Virus record (IMG/VR): IMGVR_UViG_3300045004_000088
Location: 1 to 64,000 of that record
Length of the DNA stretch: 64,000 nucleotides
Origin: a virus
Strand: one strand, 5' to 3'
Below, piece by piece: positions 53,894-63,377 of the stretch. The translations under genes and the position numbers were made by a program. A model generated the notes under the pieces. The model was not told where the DNA came from, did not search any database, and saw nothing but the letters and a program-made list of their open reading frames with translations. Positions within the stretch are counted from its first letter, which is position 1. Every line of letters starts with the position of its first letter.

Positions 53894-54670
53894 GTGCCAC
53901 AGATTGACCTGATTCCAGTACCGCAGTATCAAGCTCTCCAGCCGTACCACGTCGATTTCGACAACCTGCCGCTGAAGGCGTTGATCACGCGGATGCAGTT
54001 GATCAACAGTGCCGTTGACATCAACTCCGACATTCTCCGACAAGCGGTCGGAAGTCAGGGTACGGTCAGCGCACGCCTCGGCCAGAGCTTGAACGACGAC
54101 GGCAGCTTGAGGGTTTCGGCGGTTGACGGCACGCTCCACAACATCGGCGCTCACGCCGATGGGACTTACGAATCCGTGGCATACGTCCGCATGAAGCTGG
54201 ATGAGCGTGAGAAATTGGCGTTGATCGCTGACGGGGCGACCAACATGACGCTAGAATTCAACACGCCGTCCGTCATTACCAGTTTTGACACCGGGCCGGT
54301 GGAATTCATCCCGTCTGACGGGGTGACGTGGAACACGGTCGCGCCGAACAAGGTTCAGGCCAACCTGACGTTCCCGATCTCTTCGGCACACAAACATTAC
54401 TACGGGATCACCCCGCAGTACGACGGAACGCCCGACTTCCAGCACTATAAGATCGGCTACCCGAACTACATCGCAGGCAGTCTGCGTGTGGCGATCAACG
54501 GTGTCAGGATTTTTGACGACGGCGATGTGTACGTCCCAGGCTCTACGGTGTCCGAAGCGTGGACACTTCAGGGGTTCACCGGGGACGAAACGACCGGCAA
54601 GTTTGTACTCATGACGCCGCTGACTCTGGACGATGTGATCCGGGTCGATTTCGACGTTGCCCTCACCTGA
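53894..54670 (+). CDS. hypothetical protein (258 aa)
   Basis: ORF track. Confidence 0.5.
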   Translation: MPQIDLIPVPQYQALQPYHVDFDNLPLKALITRMQLINSAVDINSDILRQAVGSQGTVSARLGQSLNDDGSLRVSAVDGTLHNIGAHADGTYESVAYVRMKLDEREKLALIADGATNMTLEFNTPSVITSFDTGPVEFIPSDGVTWNTVAPNKVQANLTFPISSAHKHYYGITPQYDGTPDFQHYKIGYPNYIAGSLRVAINGVRIFDDGDVYVPGSTVSEAWTLQGFTGDETTGKFVLMTPLTLDDVIRVDFDVALT

Positions 54671-54683
54671 TGCGAGCTAGTGG

Positions 54684-55232
54684 ATGAAAAAAGACACGTC
54701 ACCTGTAGTCGTCAACAAAATGGCTTACAGGCCGGTGCCTATGGACCTCGGATTCATTGTCCTGTGTTTTGACGCCGACCCGTACAAGCCCCTCACTACC
54801 CTGAGCAGCATAGATCGCGCGTACCCTGGAGCCAAAACCGAAATGGTTTCCCCTCCAGATTTCAAGCACATTCACAAGTCAGCAATTACGGGGAAGGGTT
54901 CACTGACCTCGCTGATCAACGCCGGTATGTCGAAGCCGCCGGCCGAATGGAACGTAATAGTGATGGCAGGGGTTCGAGTTAAAGAACAACTCGACAAAAA
55001 GTATTCGCCCTTCATGGAAAGCCGTCTGGACATCTTCTTCCCGCTCATCTTTGGTTTCCACAACTTCCTCGACGCTCCGATGAACGGCCTGACCATTCAC
55101 CGGGACACCTTCAAAGAGGTCGGCAAATTCGCCGACGACAACCCGCTCGAAATCTGCAAGATGATGTGGTTCTTGGAAGCCCACGGCAAGAACTGCAAGT
55201 TCAAAGCCGTCGCCGGTTGTCGGATGTGTTGA
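54684..55232 (+). CDS. hypothetical protein (182 aa)
   Basis: ORF track. Confidence 0.5.
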   Translation: MKKDTSPVVVNKMAYRPVPMDLGFIVLCFDADPYKPLTTLSSIDRAYPGAKTEMVSPPDFKHIHKSAITGKGSLTSLINAGMSKPPAEWNVIVMAGVRVKEQLDKKYSPFMESRLDIFFPLIFGFHNFLDAPMNGLTIHRDTFKEVGKFADDNPLEICKMMWFLEAHGKNCKFKAVAGCRMC

Positions 55233-55245
55233 GCATAAATAGCTC

Positions 55246-55704
55246 ATGCTCACGTTCACCCAGTGGGTCGAAACGACCCGTGTCACGATCTATACCAGCC
55301 CCCAGTCGAAAGGCGCTATGGTGGACGACACGTTCGCCGACGAGCCTGTTCAAATGCTGGACATCGACAGCATCATAAACTACGAGCGGGCCTCCAAAAT
55401 GGACCTCCCGGCCAGCCGGGAAAACATGCAGAAGATCCTTGCTGGCATCAAGGCCGGCGAGAAGATGCCGCCGGTTTACGTCCGCGAAGTGAAACTGAAG
55501 GGGAAGTCAAATCCGAGGTGGGACGGGAACAAAATGCTGTCGGTCGGAGGGGTTCCGAACTCGCGTTTCAAATATCAGATCATTGACGGGCATCACAGGT
55601 ACTGGGCGTACAAAAAGGCGGGCGTCAAAACAATACCCGCCATCGTCGTCTCGCCAGAAGACATCCAGAAGAAGAGGCTCTGGACGCCCGAAGACGAATA
55701 CTAG
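55246..55704 (+). CDS. ParB-like nuclease domain protein (YQIIDGHHRYWAYKKAGVKTIPAIVV)
   Basis: DGHHR motif read directly. Confidence 0.7.
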   Translation: MLTFTQWVETTRVTIYTSPQSKGAMVDDTFADEPVQMLDIDSIINYERASKMDLPASRENMQKILAGIKAGEKMPPVYVREVKLKGKSNPRWDGNKMLSVGGVPNSRFKYQIIDGHHRYWAYKKAGVKTIPAIVVSPEDIQKKRLWTPEDEY

Positions 55705-56321
55705 GACGCCATCCACGGCGTGTAGGCGATTTGCGCCCCGTCCCGCGTAATGCAGGGGCCGGAAGAGAACGCCAGGAAACCGCCATTCCAAGTGTACCAT
55801 TCGAGCTTGTCGCCCGGCTGCACCACCGACATGAACTTGACCATTCTCTCTTCTTGCTTGAGTTGATCGACCGTCAGCGGGTTCTCACGGGGGCGTCCGC
55901 AAGTGCGTTGGCCGCTGTTGAGGTTGTCGGCCAAGATCTTCCAGAAGTCCTCGACTTTGTCACTGAGGAACTCGATGATGTTCTCGGCCTTGCCGCCGTT
56001 GTACTCGGTGTAGAAGTATTGGAACCGCCCCGTGGCGATGTTGTCTTCTTTCTTCTTCCGAGCAGCCGCCTCGATCTTTTCCATTGCTTGTTGTTGTTCT
56101 TCGAGCAAGACCGGAATTTGATCTTCGGTGATCTGGACCGCTTTCCAGTGTTTCGTTTCGTGCGTGTAGTAGGAGCCGACCGCCATATTGTCGAACTGGC
56201 GGTGGTTGACGGTACACGTTTTCTTGTTGGAAACGTTCATCACCTCGGCCGCAACCTTCGGCGTCCCTTCGTTGACGATGCCGAGATACTGCCACACGCC
56301 GAAGTAGGGTTTGTCTGACAC
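55701..56321 (-). CDS. hypothetical protein (206 aa)
   Basis: ORF track; ATG. Confidence 0.5.
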   Translation of the reverse strand: MSDKPYFGVWQYLGIVNEGTPKVAAEVMNVSNKKTCTVNHRQFDNMAVGSYYTHETKHWKAVQITEDQIPVLLEEQQQAMEKIEAAARKKKEDNIATGRFQYFYTEYNGGKAENIIEFLSDKVEDFWKILADNLNSGQRTCGRPRENPLTVDQLKQEERMVKFMSVVQPGDKLEWYTWNGGFLAFSSGPCITRDGAQIAYTPWMAS

Positions 56322-56328
56322 TGCTGCC

Positions 56329-56847
56329 TCAGAGTAAGTTGCAGATGAAGTCCCAACGGTAGTTGTACTTCATCTCGCCGTTATGAACTTTGTCGAGGTA
56401 CTGGTAGAGTTCGTCCCAACTCCCGAACATCTGATCGTCGGGGATGAACCCAAAGTACCACAGAGGATTATACTCTTTGCCTTGCGGACAGACGAGCAGC
56501 ACGGGGTTTTTGAGTAGATTGGCGAGGAAGATCTCGTGGTGGCTGCCCGTGGTCGGAACCCCGAACGGCAGGTAGGCGATGACGAGGTCAGACCGCTGGA
56601 CCACTTGAAGGTCTTTGCGAACGAACTTACGCGCGATCTTCGCCATCGTCGCGTAGTCTTTTTCGGTACGGGCCTTCTTCAAGTCGTCGGCCCACTGTTG
56701 TTTGGGGTCGGCGTGAGGGTCGAAGACGTTCATCCCGTAGCGTTCGGTGAGCGTTTTGATGACTTCGGGACGCCAGTTTGCTTTGGCGGAACACTGTTCG
56801 ATTGGACCACTCAAATATGCCAGTTGACCGTTAAGGAAATTAGACAT
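56329..56847 (-). CDS. nucleoside 2-deoxyribosyltransferase / DNPH1-like protein
   Basis: AYLSGPI ... DLVIAYLPFGVPTTGSHHEIFLA ... VLLVCP parallels NDT motifs (YFGAGWF ... GLGMELGYA ... VLLVIP); AAGGTGA RBS. Confidence 0.5.
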   Translation of the reverse strand: MSNFLNGQLAYLSGPIEQCSAKANWRPEVIKTLTERYGMNVFDPHADPKQQWADDLKKARTEKDYATMAKIARKFVRKDLQVVQRSDLVIAYLPFGVPTTGSHHEIFLANLLKNPVLLVCPQGKEYNPLWYFGFIPDDQMFGSWDELYQYLDKVHNGEMKYNYRWDFICNLL

Positions 56848-57040
56848 TTCTCACCTTGTAGTTGAAGGAGTCAAGCATCCACGGCTCGTCAAATCCAGAG
56901 AGGTAGCAAGAGGGGGCCGCTGAGGTAGCACTCTTGGCCTTTGAGAAAGTCCATGATCGTGACCCTTCTGGGAGAAGGTAACTCTACTATGTTGTAGCCG
57001 GTTTTTCGGCGCAAAGTCAAATTATCCGAACGGAGCGAGC

Positions 57041-57772
57041 ATGTCAACAGAGAACAGCATTGCGGTGGAATCAAAATCAACCTTAGAAAACCTGCAAGCC
57101 GTGGTGGAAAAACACCCTTTGACGGGCAGGCATTCGTACTTTCAGCTTAAATACTTCATCGTCGGGAAGGAGCCGACGCCGCAGGCCAAGATCTGGCAGT
57201 GCCTCCGTGAGATGAAGGCCCGCCGAGACGCACTCGAAGCCATCCAGTTGGAACGTGACGAAACCAACGACCGCATCGAACTGGCCGAGATCGACATCGA
57301 ACGGCTGAAAAACCCCCGGAAGGGAGCGTTCGGCATCGACGTGCCGGAAGAAGACGAACTGACTTTGAAGCGGCGTGAAATCAAGATCCGGCAGTCCGAG
57401 CGAAAGCTCAAGTCGATGAAGAAGGCGCTGAAAGACTTGGACGCCCGCCAAAAAGACACAGAGGAAGAAGCGGCGTTCTTCTTGCAGGCGTTCGCGGACC
57501 TGACCAAGAACCAAAAAGTCATCGAGTACGACGACTTCAACGCCCAGAAGGAATACTGGACGACGCGGTTCTCCAACGAGATGAACATGAAGTTTATGCT
57601 CGACGGCCGGGTGGACGGGGAACTGGCGAAAGCGATCCTGTCGCTGCCAGACGAAACCGTCGTGAAACAAGAAATGTTCGGCATCCTGAATCGGCAGCAA
57701 GAGATTTTGGAAGCGAAACGACTGATGGAAAAGAAACAGCTTGCTCAAATGAAGGTGGCCCTGAATGGCTGA
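57041..57772 (+). CDS. coiled-coil protein (243 aa)
   Basis: ORF track. Confidence 0.5.
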   Translation: MSTENSIAVESKSTLENLQAVVEKHPLTGRHSYFQLKYFIVGKEPTPQAKIWQCLREMKARRDALEAIQLERDETNDRIELAEIDIERLKNPRKGAFGIDVPEEDELTLKRREIKIRQSERKLKSMKKALKDLDARQKDTEEEAAFFLQAFADLTKNQKVIEYDDFNAQKEYWTTRFSNEMNMKFMLDGRVDGELAKAILSLPDETVVKQEMFGILNRQQEILEAKRLMEKKQLAQMKVALNG

Positions 57773-58775
57773 TCAGATTTCGACCCTCGACTCGAACTAC
57801 TCGACAGGCGACCTTTCGACGTTCCCGACCACCCTCGACTCGTGGATCTCGCTTTACGAAGCCCGGAACGCGGCGATCACATCACTTCGGCAGAGCGTTA
57901 CGTTCAACTCGAAGTTCATGATCGTGCAGGACACGTCCCTGTTCCCCGACACCGGCATCTTGCACATCGGCAAGAACCCCGGCGATCCGGGGCTTGGCGA
58001 GTTGGTCTGGTACGGGGCGAAAACTGCCACCTCGTTCAGCAAACTCATTCGCGGGTTCGCCAAAACGAAACAGACCTACTGGCCGCAGGGTTCGCCGATC
58101 ACCAGTGGCGTGGCGGCGGAACACCACAACGCGATCAAGGACGCGATCATGCAGATTGAACGCGACCTGGGTCTGTCTCAGTTCCCGAACGAATTCAGCT
58201 TGAACGGTATCCTCCAAGCACAAGAAAACCGATTCTTGGCCCCGAAGCCGTTGTTCCGTGGTTTTCCGATCCGTGGTGCGCCGCCGCTGAAGGTGCGGTT
58301 CCAAAACTTCACGGTCGGGAACCCGGTTCGGTTCCTGTGGGACTTCGGTGACGGCACGACATCGGTCGAACGCTCGCCGATCCACACCTATTTGGCCGAG
58401 GGCGTGTACACCGTCAAGTTGAACATCATTACCGGCACCGGCGCACAGGGGGTCGTCACCAAGAAGAACTACGTCACTGTCAACAAGGACCAGAAGACAC
58501 CGTTCTTCTATGTCCTGCCGTTGCAGGGCGACAGTATAGAAACCAACCCCGGATCGCCGACGACGTTCAGCTTCGTGGACCAGACCGATGGCGAGGTGTC
58601 CGAACGGTACTGGATCTTCGGCGACGGCAACAACCTCAACGTGACCGACCCCAACGTACACACGGCGGATTACTCATACGCCAAACCCGGAACCTATTCT
58701 CCTTCCCTGATGGTCATCTTCGCCGACCAGACTTTGAAGCGGGTGTTCCTGTCACAGAAAATCACGGTGTTTTGA
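57765..58775 (+). CDS. PKD-domain tail fiber-like protein (336 aa; WDFGDGTT, WIFGDGNN)
   Basis: PKD signature read directly; N-terminus paralogous to the next two genes. Confidence 0.6.
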   Translation: MADQISTLDSNYSTGDLSTFPTTLDSWISLYEARNAAITSLRQSVTFNSKFMIVQDTSLFPDTGILHIGKNPGDPGLGELVWYGAKTATSFSKLIRGFAKTKQTYWPQGSPITSGVAAEHHNAIKDAIMQIERDLGLSQFPNEFSLNGILQAQENRFLAPKPLFRGFPIRGAPPLKVRFQNFTVGNPVRFLWDFGDGTTSVERSPIHTYLAEGVYTVKLNIITGTGAQGVVTKKNYVTVNKDQKTPFFYVLPLQGDSIETNPGSPTTFSFVDQTDGEVSERYWIFGDGNNLNVTDPNVHTADYSYAKPGTYSPSLMVIFADQTLKRVFLSQKITVF

Positions 58776-61036
58776 TGGCTATCCCAACCGCAAGTTTGTT
58801 CCCCACTTCGTTCGACGGAAACAGAAACCTGTTTCTCGTTCACGACGGGTTGCGCCTCGTTTTGGCCGCTGATTACAACCCCGGAGACACCAGCATCACC
58901 GTTCACAAGAACGACCTGATGATGAACAACTTCCCTCCGAGCGGTTTGATCACGCTTACGGAACAGTGCAGCGAGGCGGAAGAACGAGCGATCTCGTTCT
59001 TCTACAGCAGCCACACCGACACCACGTTCGACGGCATCGAAATCCTGCCAGAGTTCACTGACGGCGTGAAGCCCGCGAACATCACGAACGTCACAATGAA
59101 CGTGATGGACAAGCACCACAACCATCTCAAAGATGCGTTAATCGCCATCGAAGAGTTCATCGGAGTCAAAGGGACGGAAGACGACGAACCGTTCGGGCCA
59201 ACGATGGAAGGCCGAATCAACTTCTTGAGAAGGATCGTACTCTGTCCGAAGGCGTGGTTCTCGGTCAACAAAACTATCGGGTTGGTCCCGTTCGAGGTCG
59301 AGTTCACGAACCTGTGTTTCCGCCTGGGTACGGACGGGAACGCGGGCAACGTGGTTTTCGAGTGGAACTTCGGCGACAACACGGCGTCACAAATCTCGAT
59401 CATCGAGGTTGTCAGCGAGGTGCCTGTCAACGTGGTGAACGTCTTGGTTGACAACGAGACGGGCGGTGTCATATCGAAGACCTACACGACGCCGGGCGTG
59501 TACGACGTGTCCTTGAAAGCCACCAACGACTTCTGCTCCGACACGGTGGTGTTCCCCGGCTTGATCACGGCACGGATCGCGGCCCCAGATCCCGCTATTG
59601 TCGAATACATCCCGGCGACGGGCCAGATTCTGACGCCGGGATACCCGGTGGGCGGGCCGTTCGTAACCACGCCGGTGATCCGCGCCGTCACGAACTCAAT
59701 CATCAACATTGAAATTCAGTCGGGCGTTAACCCGTCAACCGGCCGCACCTATTCGGGCGAAGCCGTGAACGGGTCGGGGTTCCCGATTGACCCGATTGTG
59801 GAATACACATGGGACATCCCCGACGACCAGTTGCACAGCAACAGCCGGAACACGAAGGCGATCTTCGGTATCGGCGGGATGTACGACATGGTGCTGCGTG
59901 TGGACACGTCCTTCGGCGCGTACCGCATTACCAGCTACAAGAACAGCTTCGACATCATCGAGAAGACGAACCTGTGGCTGTGGACGTTCGGCACCGGCAC
60001 GACGATCAAGTCATACGAGTTCGGCCTGTTGAGCGAAACGTTCAAAACCAAGAGCGGCATTTCGGTCCCCATCGGGTTGAACAACAACTTTTTGAACGGG
60101 GTGGCGAACGAAGACAAACAGAAGTTCGAGTTCCGACGCAACAACGGGTTCGCCCCGATAGGCACACAGCAGTCCGGCAGCCAGGGGCAGGGACTGCTGT
60201 ACTGGGCGAGTGGCAGAAACGCATCCGACCCGGTGGGTTCGGAACAAATCAACCTGATGCAATACACGGGGTTCACCGATACATACATCGTTCAAGATTC
60301 GATTGCGAGACAGTGGAACTGGGTCGCATTCAACTCGCTGAACAACTTGTACTTCATCCTCGGCACTATGCCGTCTTACCCGCCGTTCACCTCGCCGACC
60401 AATCAATCGCGGATCTCCATGTCGTTGGCGACACTGGACTACGCGGTGGATTACCTGACGACGAGCAACTACGACAACGGCTCGGACGAGTTGATGAACA
60501 ACAAGGCCAACTACGACGGCGGCGGTGTCGCGGTGGACGGCGATTTCAGCGTTTACCGCTCAGCTTGGCACGAGGACAACGGGTTCTTTTTGAGGAACGA
60601 CGGCGTCGGGGCGTTCTTCAGAATCAGGGACTTCTACAAGACCGAAGAGGTCGGCGGTATCGAGTTCAAGAACATCACCAAACTGCCGCCGATGGCGGGG
60701 CCGGCGAAGTTGGAAGGGCAGTTGGTGTCGTTGACGCCCGGCCTGTTCTTCTTCAACAACACCGGGCAGTTGAGCGTGTTCAACGCCGCGACGAGCGTGT
60801 GGCAAACGAACACCGGCACCAACATCTCGCAGTTCCGCGCGTTGCAAGACTCGACTGTGATCAACTTCGATTCCGACGAGAACACGCTTCTGGCGACTTC
60901 GGACGGCGACAACGTAGCTTATTTGAGTTACGACTACAGCACGAAAGCGTTCATGACGTTCAACGCAGTAACTACCACGTTCACCTCGCTGAATCCGAGG
61001 CCGAGCGGCGAGCAATGGCAAATGAGTGTTTACTGA
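58772..61036 (+). CDS. PKD-domain tail fiber-like protein (754 aa; FEWNFGDNTAS)
   Basis: ATGA coupling; shared N-terminal domain (HHN.L.DA...IE.F.G). Confidence 0.6.
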   Translation: MMAIPTASLFPTSFDGNRNLFLVHDGLRLVLAADYNPGDTSITVHKNDLMMNNFPPSGLITLTEQCSEAEERAISFFYSSHTDTTFDGIEILPEFTDGVKPANITNVTMNVMDKHHNHLKDALIAIEEFIGVKGTEDDEPFGPTMEGRINFLRRIVLCPKAWFSVNKTIGLVPFEVEFTNLCFRLGTDGNAGNVVFEWNFGDNTASQISIIEVVSEVPVNVVNVLVDNETGGVISKTYTTPGVYDVSLKATNDFCSDTVVFPGLITARIAAPDPAIVEYIPATGQILTPGYPVGGPFVTTPVIRAVTNSIINIEIQSGVNPSTGRTYSGEAVNGSGFPIDPIVEYTWDIPDDQLHSNSRNTKAIFGIGGMYDMVLRVDTSFGAYRITSYKNSFDIIEKTNLWLWTFGTGTTIKSYEFGLLSETFKTKSGISVPIGLNNNFLNGVANEDKQKFEFRRNNGFAPIGTQQSGSQGQGLLYWASGRNASDPVGSEQINLMQYTGFTDTYIVQDSIARQWNWVAFNSLNNLYFILGTMPSYPPFTSPTNQSRISMSLATLDYAVDYLTTSNYDNGSDELMNNKANYDGGGVAVDGDFSVYRSAWHEDNGFFLRNDGVGAFFRIRDFYKTEEVGGIEFKNITKLPPMAGPAKLEGQLVSLTPGLFFFNNTGQLSVFNAATSVWQTNTGTNISQFRALQDSTVINFDSDENTLLATSDGDNVAYLSYDYSTKAFMTFNAVTTTFTSLNPRPSGEQWQMSVY

Positions 61037-61164
61037 TTAAATAAGAAAATCAGGTTACAAGTTCATCACGAAGATGGTGACTGGTTCAACAATGAGCCTT
61101 ACAACTTGAAATTCATTTGCCCCAACTGCCACAGTCAAACCCCAAACTACTGTGCTGGTAATCG
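61037..61164 (+). pseudogene. HNH endonuclease relic: ...VHHEDGDWFNNEPYNLKFICPNCHSQT..., no start codon or N-terminal domain
   Basis: HH..G..N...NL...CxxCH signature read in frame in an AT-rich intergenic stretch. Confidence 0.45.
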
Positions 61165-61183
61165 AAAAAAGTAAAGAGGTTCT

Positions 61184-63376
61184 GTGCCACAAGGATTTCC
61201 ACCACAGCCCGTTTTCCCCTTCGCGATTGACAGCAACGGGACGCTATTCCTCGTGAACAACACGACGGAGAGCCGGCTCACCGCCGACAACCAAGCGTGG
61301 TCGGACACGGTTCCCATTGCGCCCGTCGCTGCCGACGCCGACGAGATCTGGCCGGACAACGGGTTCGCCACCATTTCGGGGGAGATTCTTTACTACGATT
61401 CCGTCGAACTTGACGACAACGACAAAGTCAAGACGTTGAAGAATTGCGTCAGGAACTTGGGCGGCGTACACACCCAGTTCAACTTGGCCGGGACCGACGT
61501 GCGTGGCTTCGTGATGGCCGAACACCACAACCAGTTGGTGGAAGCGACCCTTCGCATCGAACAGTTCGTCGGGACCAACTTTACGGAAGACCAATCGACA
61601 CTCGACTGGCGCATCCGAAACCTCCAGGCACAGAACGTCCTGTTTGACGACTTCTCGTGCGTTGACGTGGTGTTCACCTTTGTAACAATTTCTACCGACC
61701 CCGCGAGCGGTACGGTAGTGAACTTCACCGTCCAACTGACCGGAGACTACAACAGCTACCGACTCGACTTCGGTGACGGGAGTTTTACCGAAAGCTTGCT
61801 GTCAGGCACGCACACCTACGCTCCGAACACCATCATCGACCCTGTTGTCACAGTGAGCAACAACAGGTGTACCGTCGCACAGACGCCGCCGGTGCGTTTG
61901 ACTCCGACCGAACCGGCCGAAATCAACACGATCACGGAGTTCTTCGTGCCGGTGTGCGAAGTGCCGGACATCCCGCCGTTGATCTTGCCCGAAATCAATC
62001 CGCCCACGGTACAGATCGGATTCCCGCCTCTGGTGATCCCGTGCGTCAACGTCAGTCCCATCGGGCCGATTGACATTCCGTCAATTGTGACGTTCGAGCC
62101 GGCAATCAACATTCCGAGTCTGATCGAATTCGGGCCGATCAGCATTCCGAGCGAGATCGTAATCATCGGGGGCGTAGACCTACCCAGTGAGATCACAATC
62201 ACCGGGCCGGAAATCCCCACGGCCATTGTGATCGAAGGCGGCGTAATCCCAACGGTCATCACGGTCGAAGCGGGCGTGATCCCCACGGTGATTACCATAG
62301 AAGGCGTTGAGATCCCCACGTCAATTGACGTGTACGACGACATCCCATCGGTGATCGAGGTGACCGATGACGTTCCGTCAGTGATCGAGGTTATTTCAAA
62401 CATCCCGACTACGATCACCGTGTACCATAACATCCCGACCACAATCGATGTTTACGCGAACATCCCGACAACGATTAACGTCTACGGATCTTTCCCGACC
62501 TCGATCAACGTCTACGGGTCTTTCCCGACCTCGATCTTGGCGTACAACGTTGACATCCCGACTTCGATCTTGGCGTACAACGTCAATATCCCGACTTCGA
62601 TCTTGGCATACAACGTCAATATCCCGACTTCGATCTTGGGGTACAACATCAACATCCCGACTTCAATCTTCGCATACAACGCGAACGTCCCCACGGTAAT
62701 CGACGTGAACTGGAACCCGGTGCCGGTTCTGAGTTGCGTGGTCACGGTCAGTTGCGGAAGTACGTCGGTGACGCCGATGGCGATGATGTCGGGCGGGTTC
62801 GAGGAGAGCTTCGTTGACAGCTTCCAGTCGGACCCTCCGCTGGTAACCGCGCAAGACATCGGCATCCCGTCCGAGATCAAGGTCGTGGTGCCGGAAATAC
62901 CGGACATGAGACTGGTACACGATCTGCCAATGTTCATCGAGGTTCGCGGAACCACGTTGCCGACCTACATCGAAATCAAGGCCGAGACGCCGATTCCGAA
63001 CGAGATCTCTTTGAAACACAACCTGCCTGAGTTCTTTGAACTGAGGGCGACTAACGTACCGGAATTCATTTTCTTGAAGAACAAGGACGTACCTGAGTTC
63101 ATCGAATTGCGAATGGCCGAGGACGTGCCGAGGAAGCTGATGATGGAGTTGGTGGGCGTACCTGAATCGATCCAACTGGTGGGTGCGCCGACCGCGATCC
63201 ACTTGGTCAGCAACGTCCCGACCGCGATCCACTTGGTCCTGCCAGAGAAGCCGGAAGTGGAAATGGTGTACCGTGGCGACCCGATCACGCACAAGGTCGA
63301 ACTCGACATGAGCAAACTACTCAGCGACGACGAGGGCGAGGGCCAGTGCGTCAGATTCGTACCGTGTAGGAGGTAA
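61184..63376 (+). CDS. PKD-domain repeat-rich tail fiber-like protein (730 aa) with long array of 10-11-aa (I/V)PTxIxVY repeats; GTG start
   Basis: RLDFGDGSFTE PKD motif; AAGAGG RBS; repeats read directly. Confidence 0.6.
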   Translation: MPQGFPPQPVFPFAIDSNGTLFLVNNTTESRLTADNQAWSDTVPIAPVAADADEIWPDNGFATISGEILYYDSVELDDNDKVKTLKNCVRNLGGVHTQFNLAGTDVRGFVMAEHHNQLVEATLRIEQFVGTNFTEDQSTLDWRIRNLQAQNVLFDDFSCVDVVFTFVTISTDPASGTVVNFTVQLTGDYNSYRLDFGDGSFTESLLSGTHTYAPNTIIDPVVTVSNNRCTVAQTPPVRLTPTEPAEINTITEFFVPVCEVPDIPPLILPEINPPTVQIGFPPLVIPCVNVSPIGPIDIPSIVTFEPAINIPSLIEFGPISIPSEIVIIGGVDLPSEITITGPEIPTAIVIEGGVIPTVITVEAGVIPTVITIEGVEIPTSIDVYDDIPSVIEVTDDVPSVIEVISNIPTTITVYHNIPTTIDVYANIPTTINVYGSFPTSINVYGSFPTSILAYNVDIPTSILAYNVNIPTSILAYNVNIPTSILGYNINIPTSIFAYNANVPTVIDVNWNPVPVLSCVVTVSCGSTSVTPMAMMSGGFEESFVDSFQSDPPLVTAQDIGIPSEIKVVVPEIPDMRLVHDLPMFIEVRGTTLPTYIEIKAETPIPNEISLKHNLPEFFELRATNVPEFIFLKNKDVPEFIELRMAEDVPRKLMMELVGVPESIQLVGAPTAIHLVSNVPTAIHLVLPEKPEVEMVYRGDPITHKVELDMSKLLSDDEGEGQCVRFVPCRR
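62340..62700 (+). repeat. array of 30- and 33-bp tandem repeats (unit such as ATCCCGACTTCGATCTTGGCGTACAACGTCAAT), at least 10 copies
   Basis: Read directly. Confidence 0.75.
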
Positions 63377-63377
63377 G

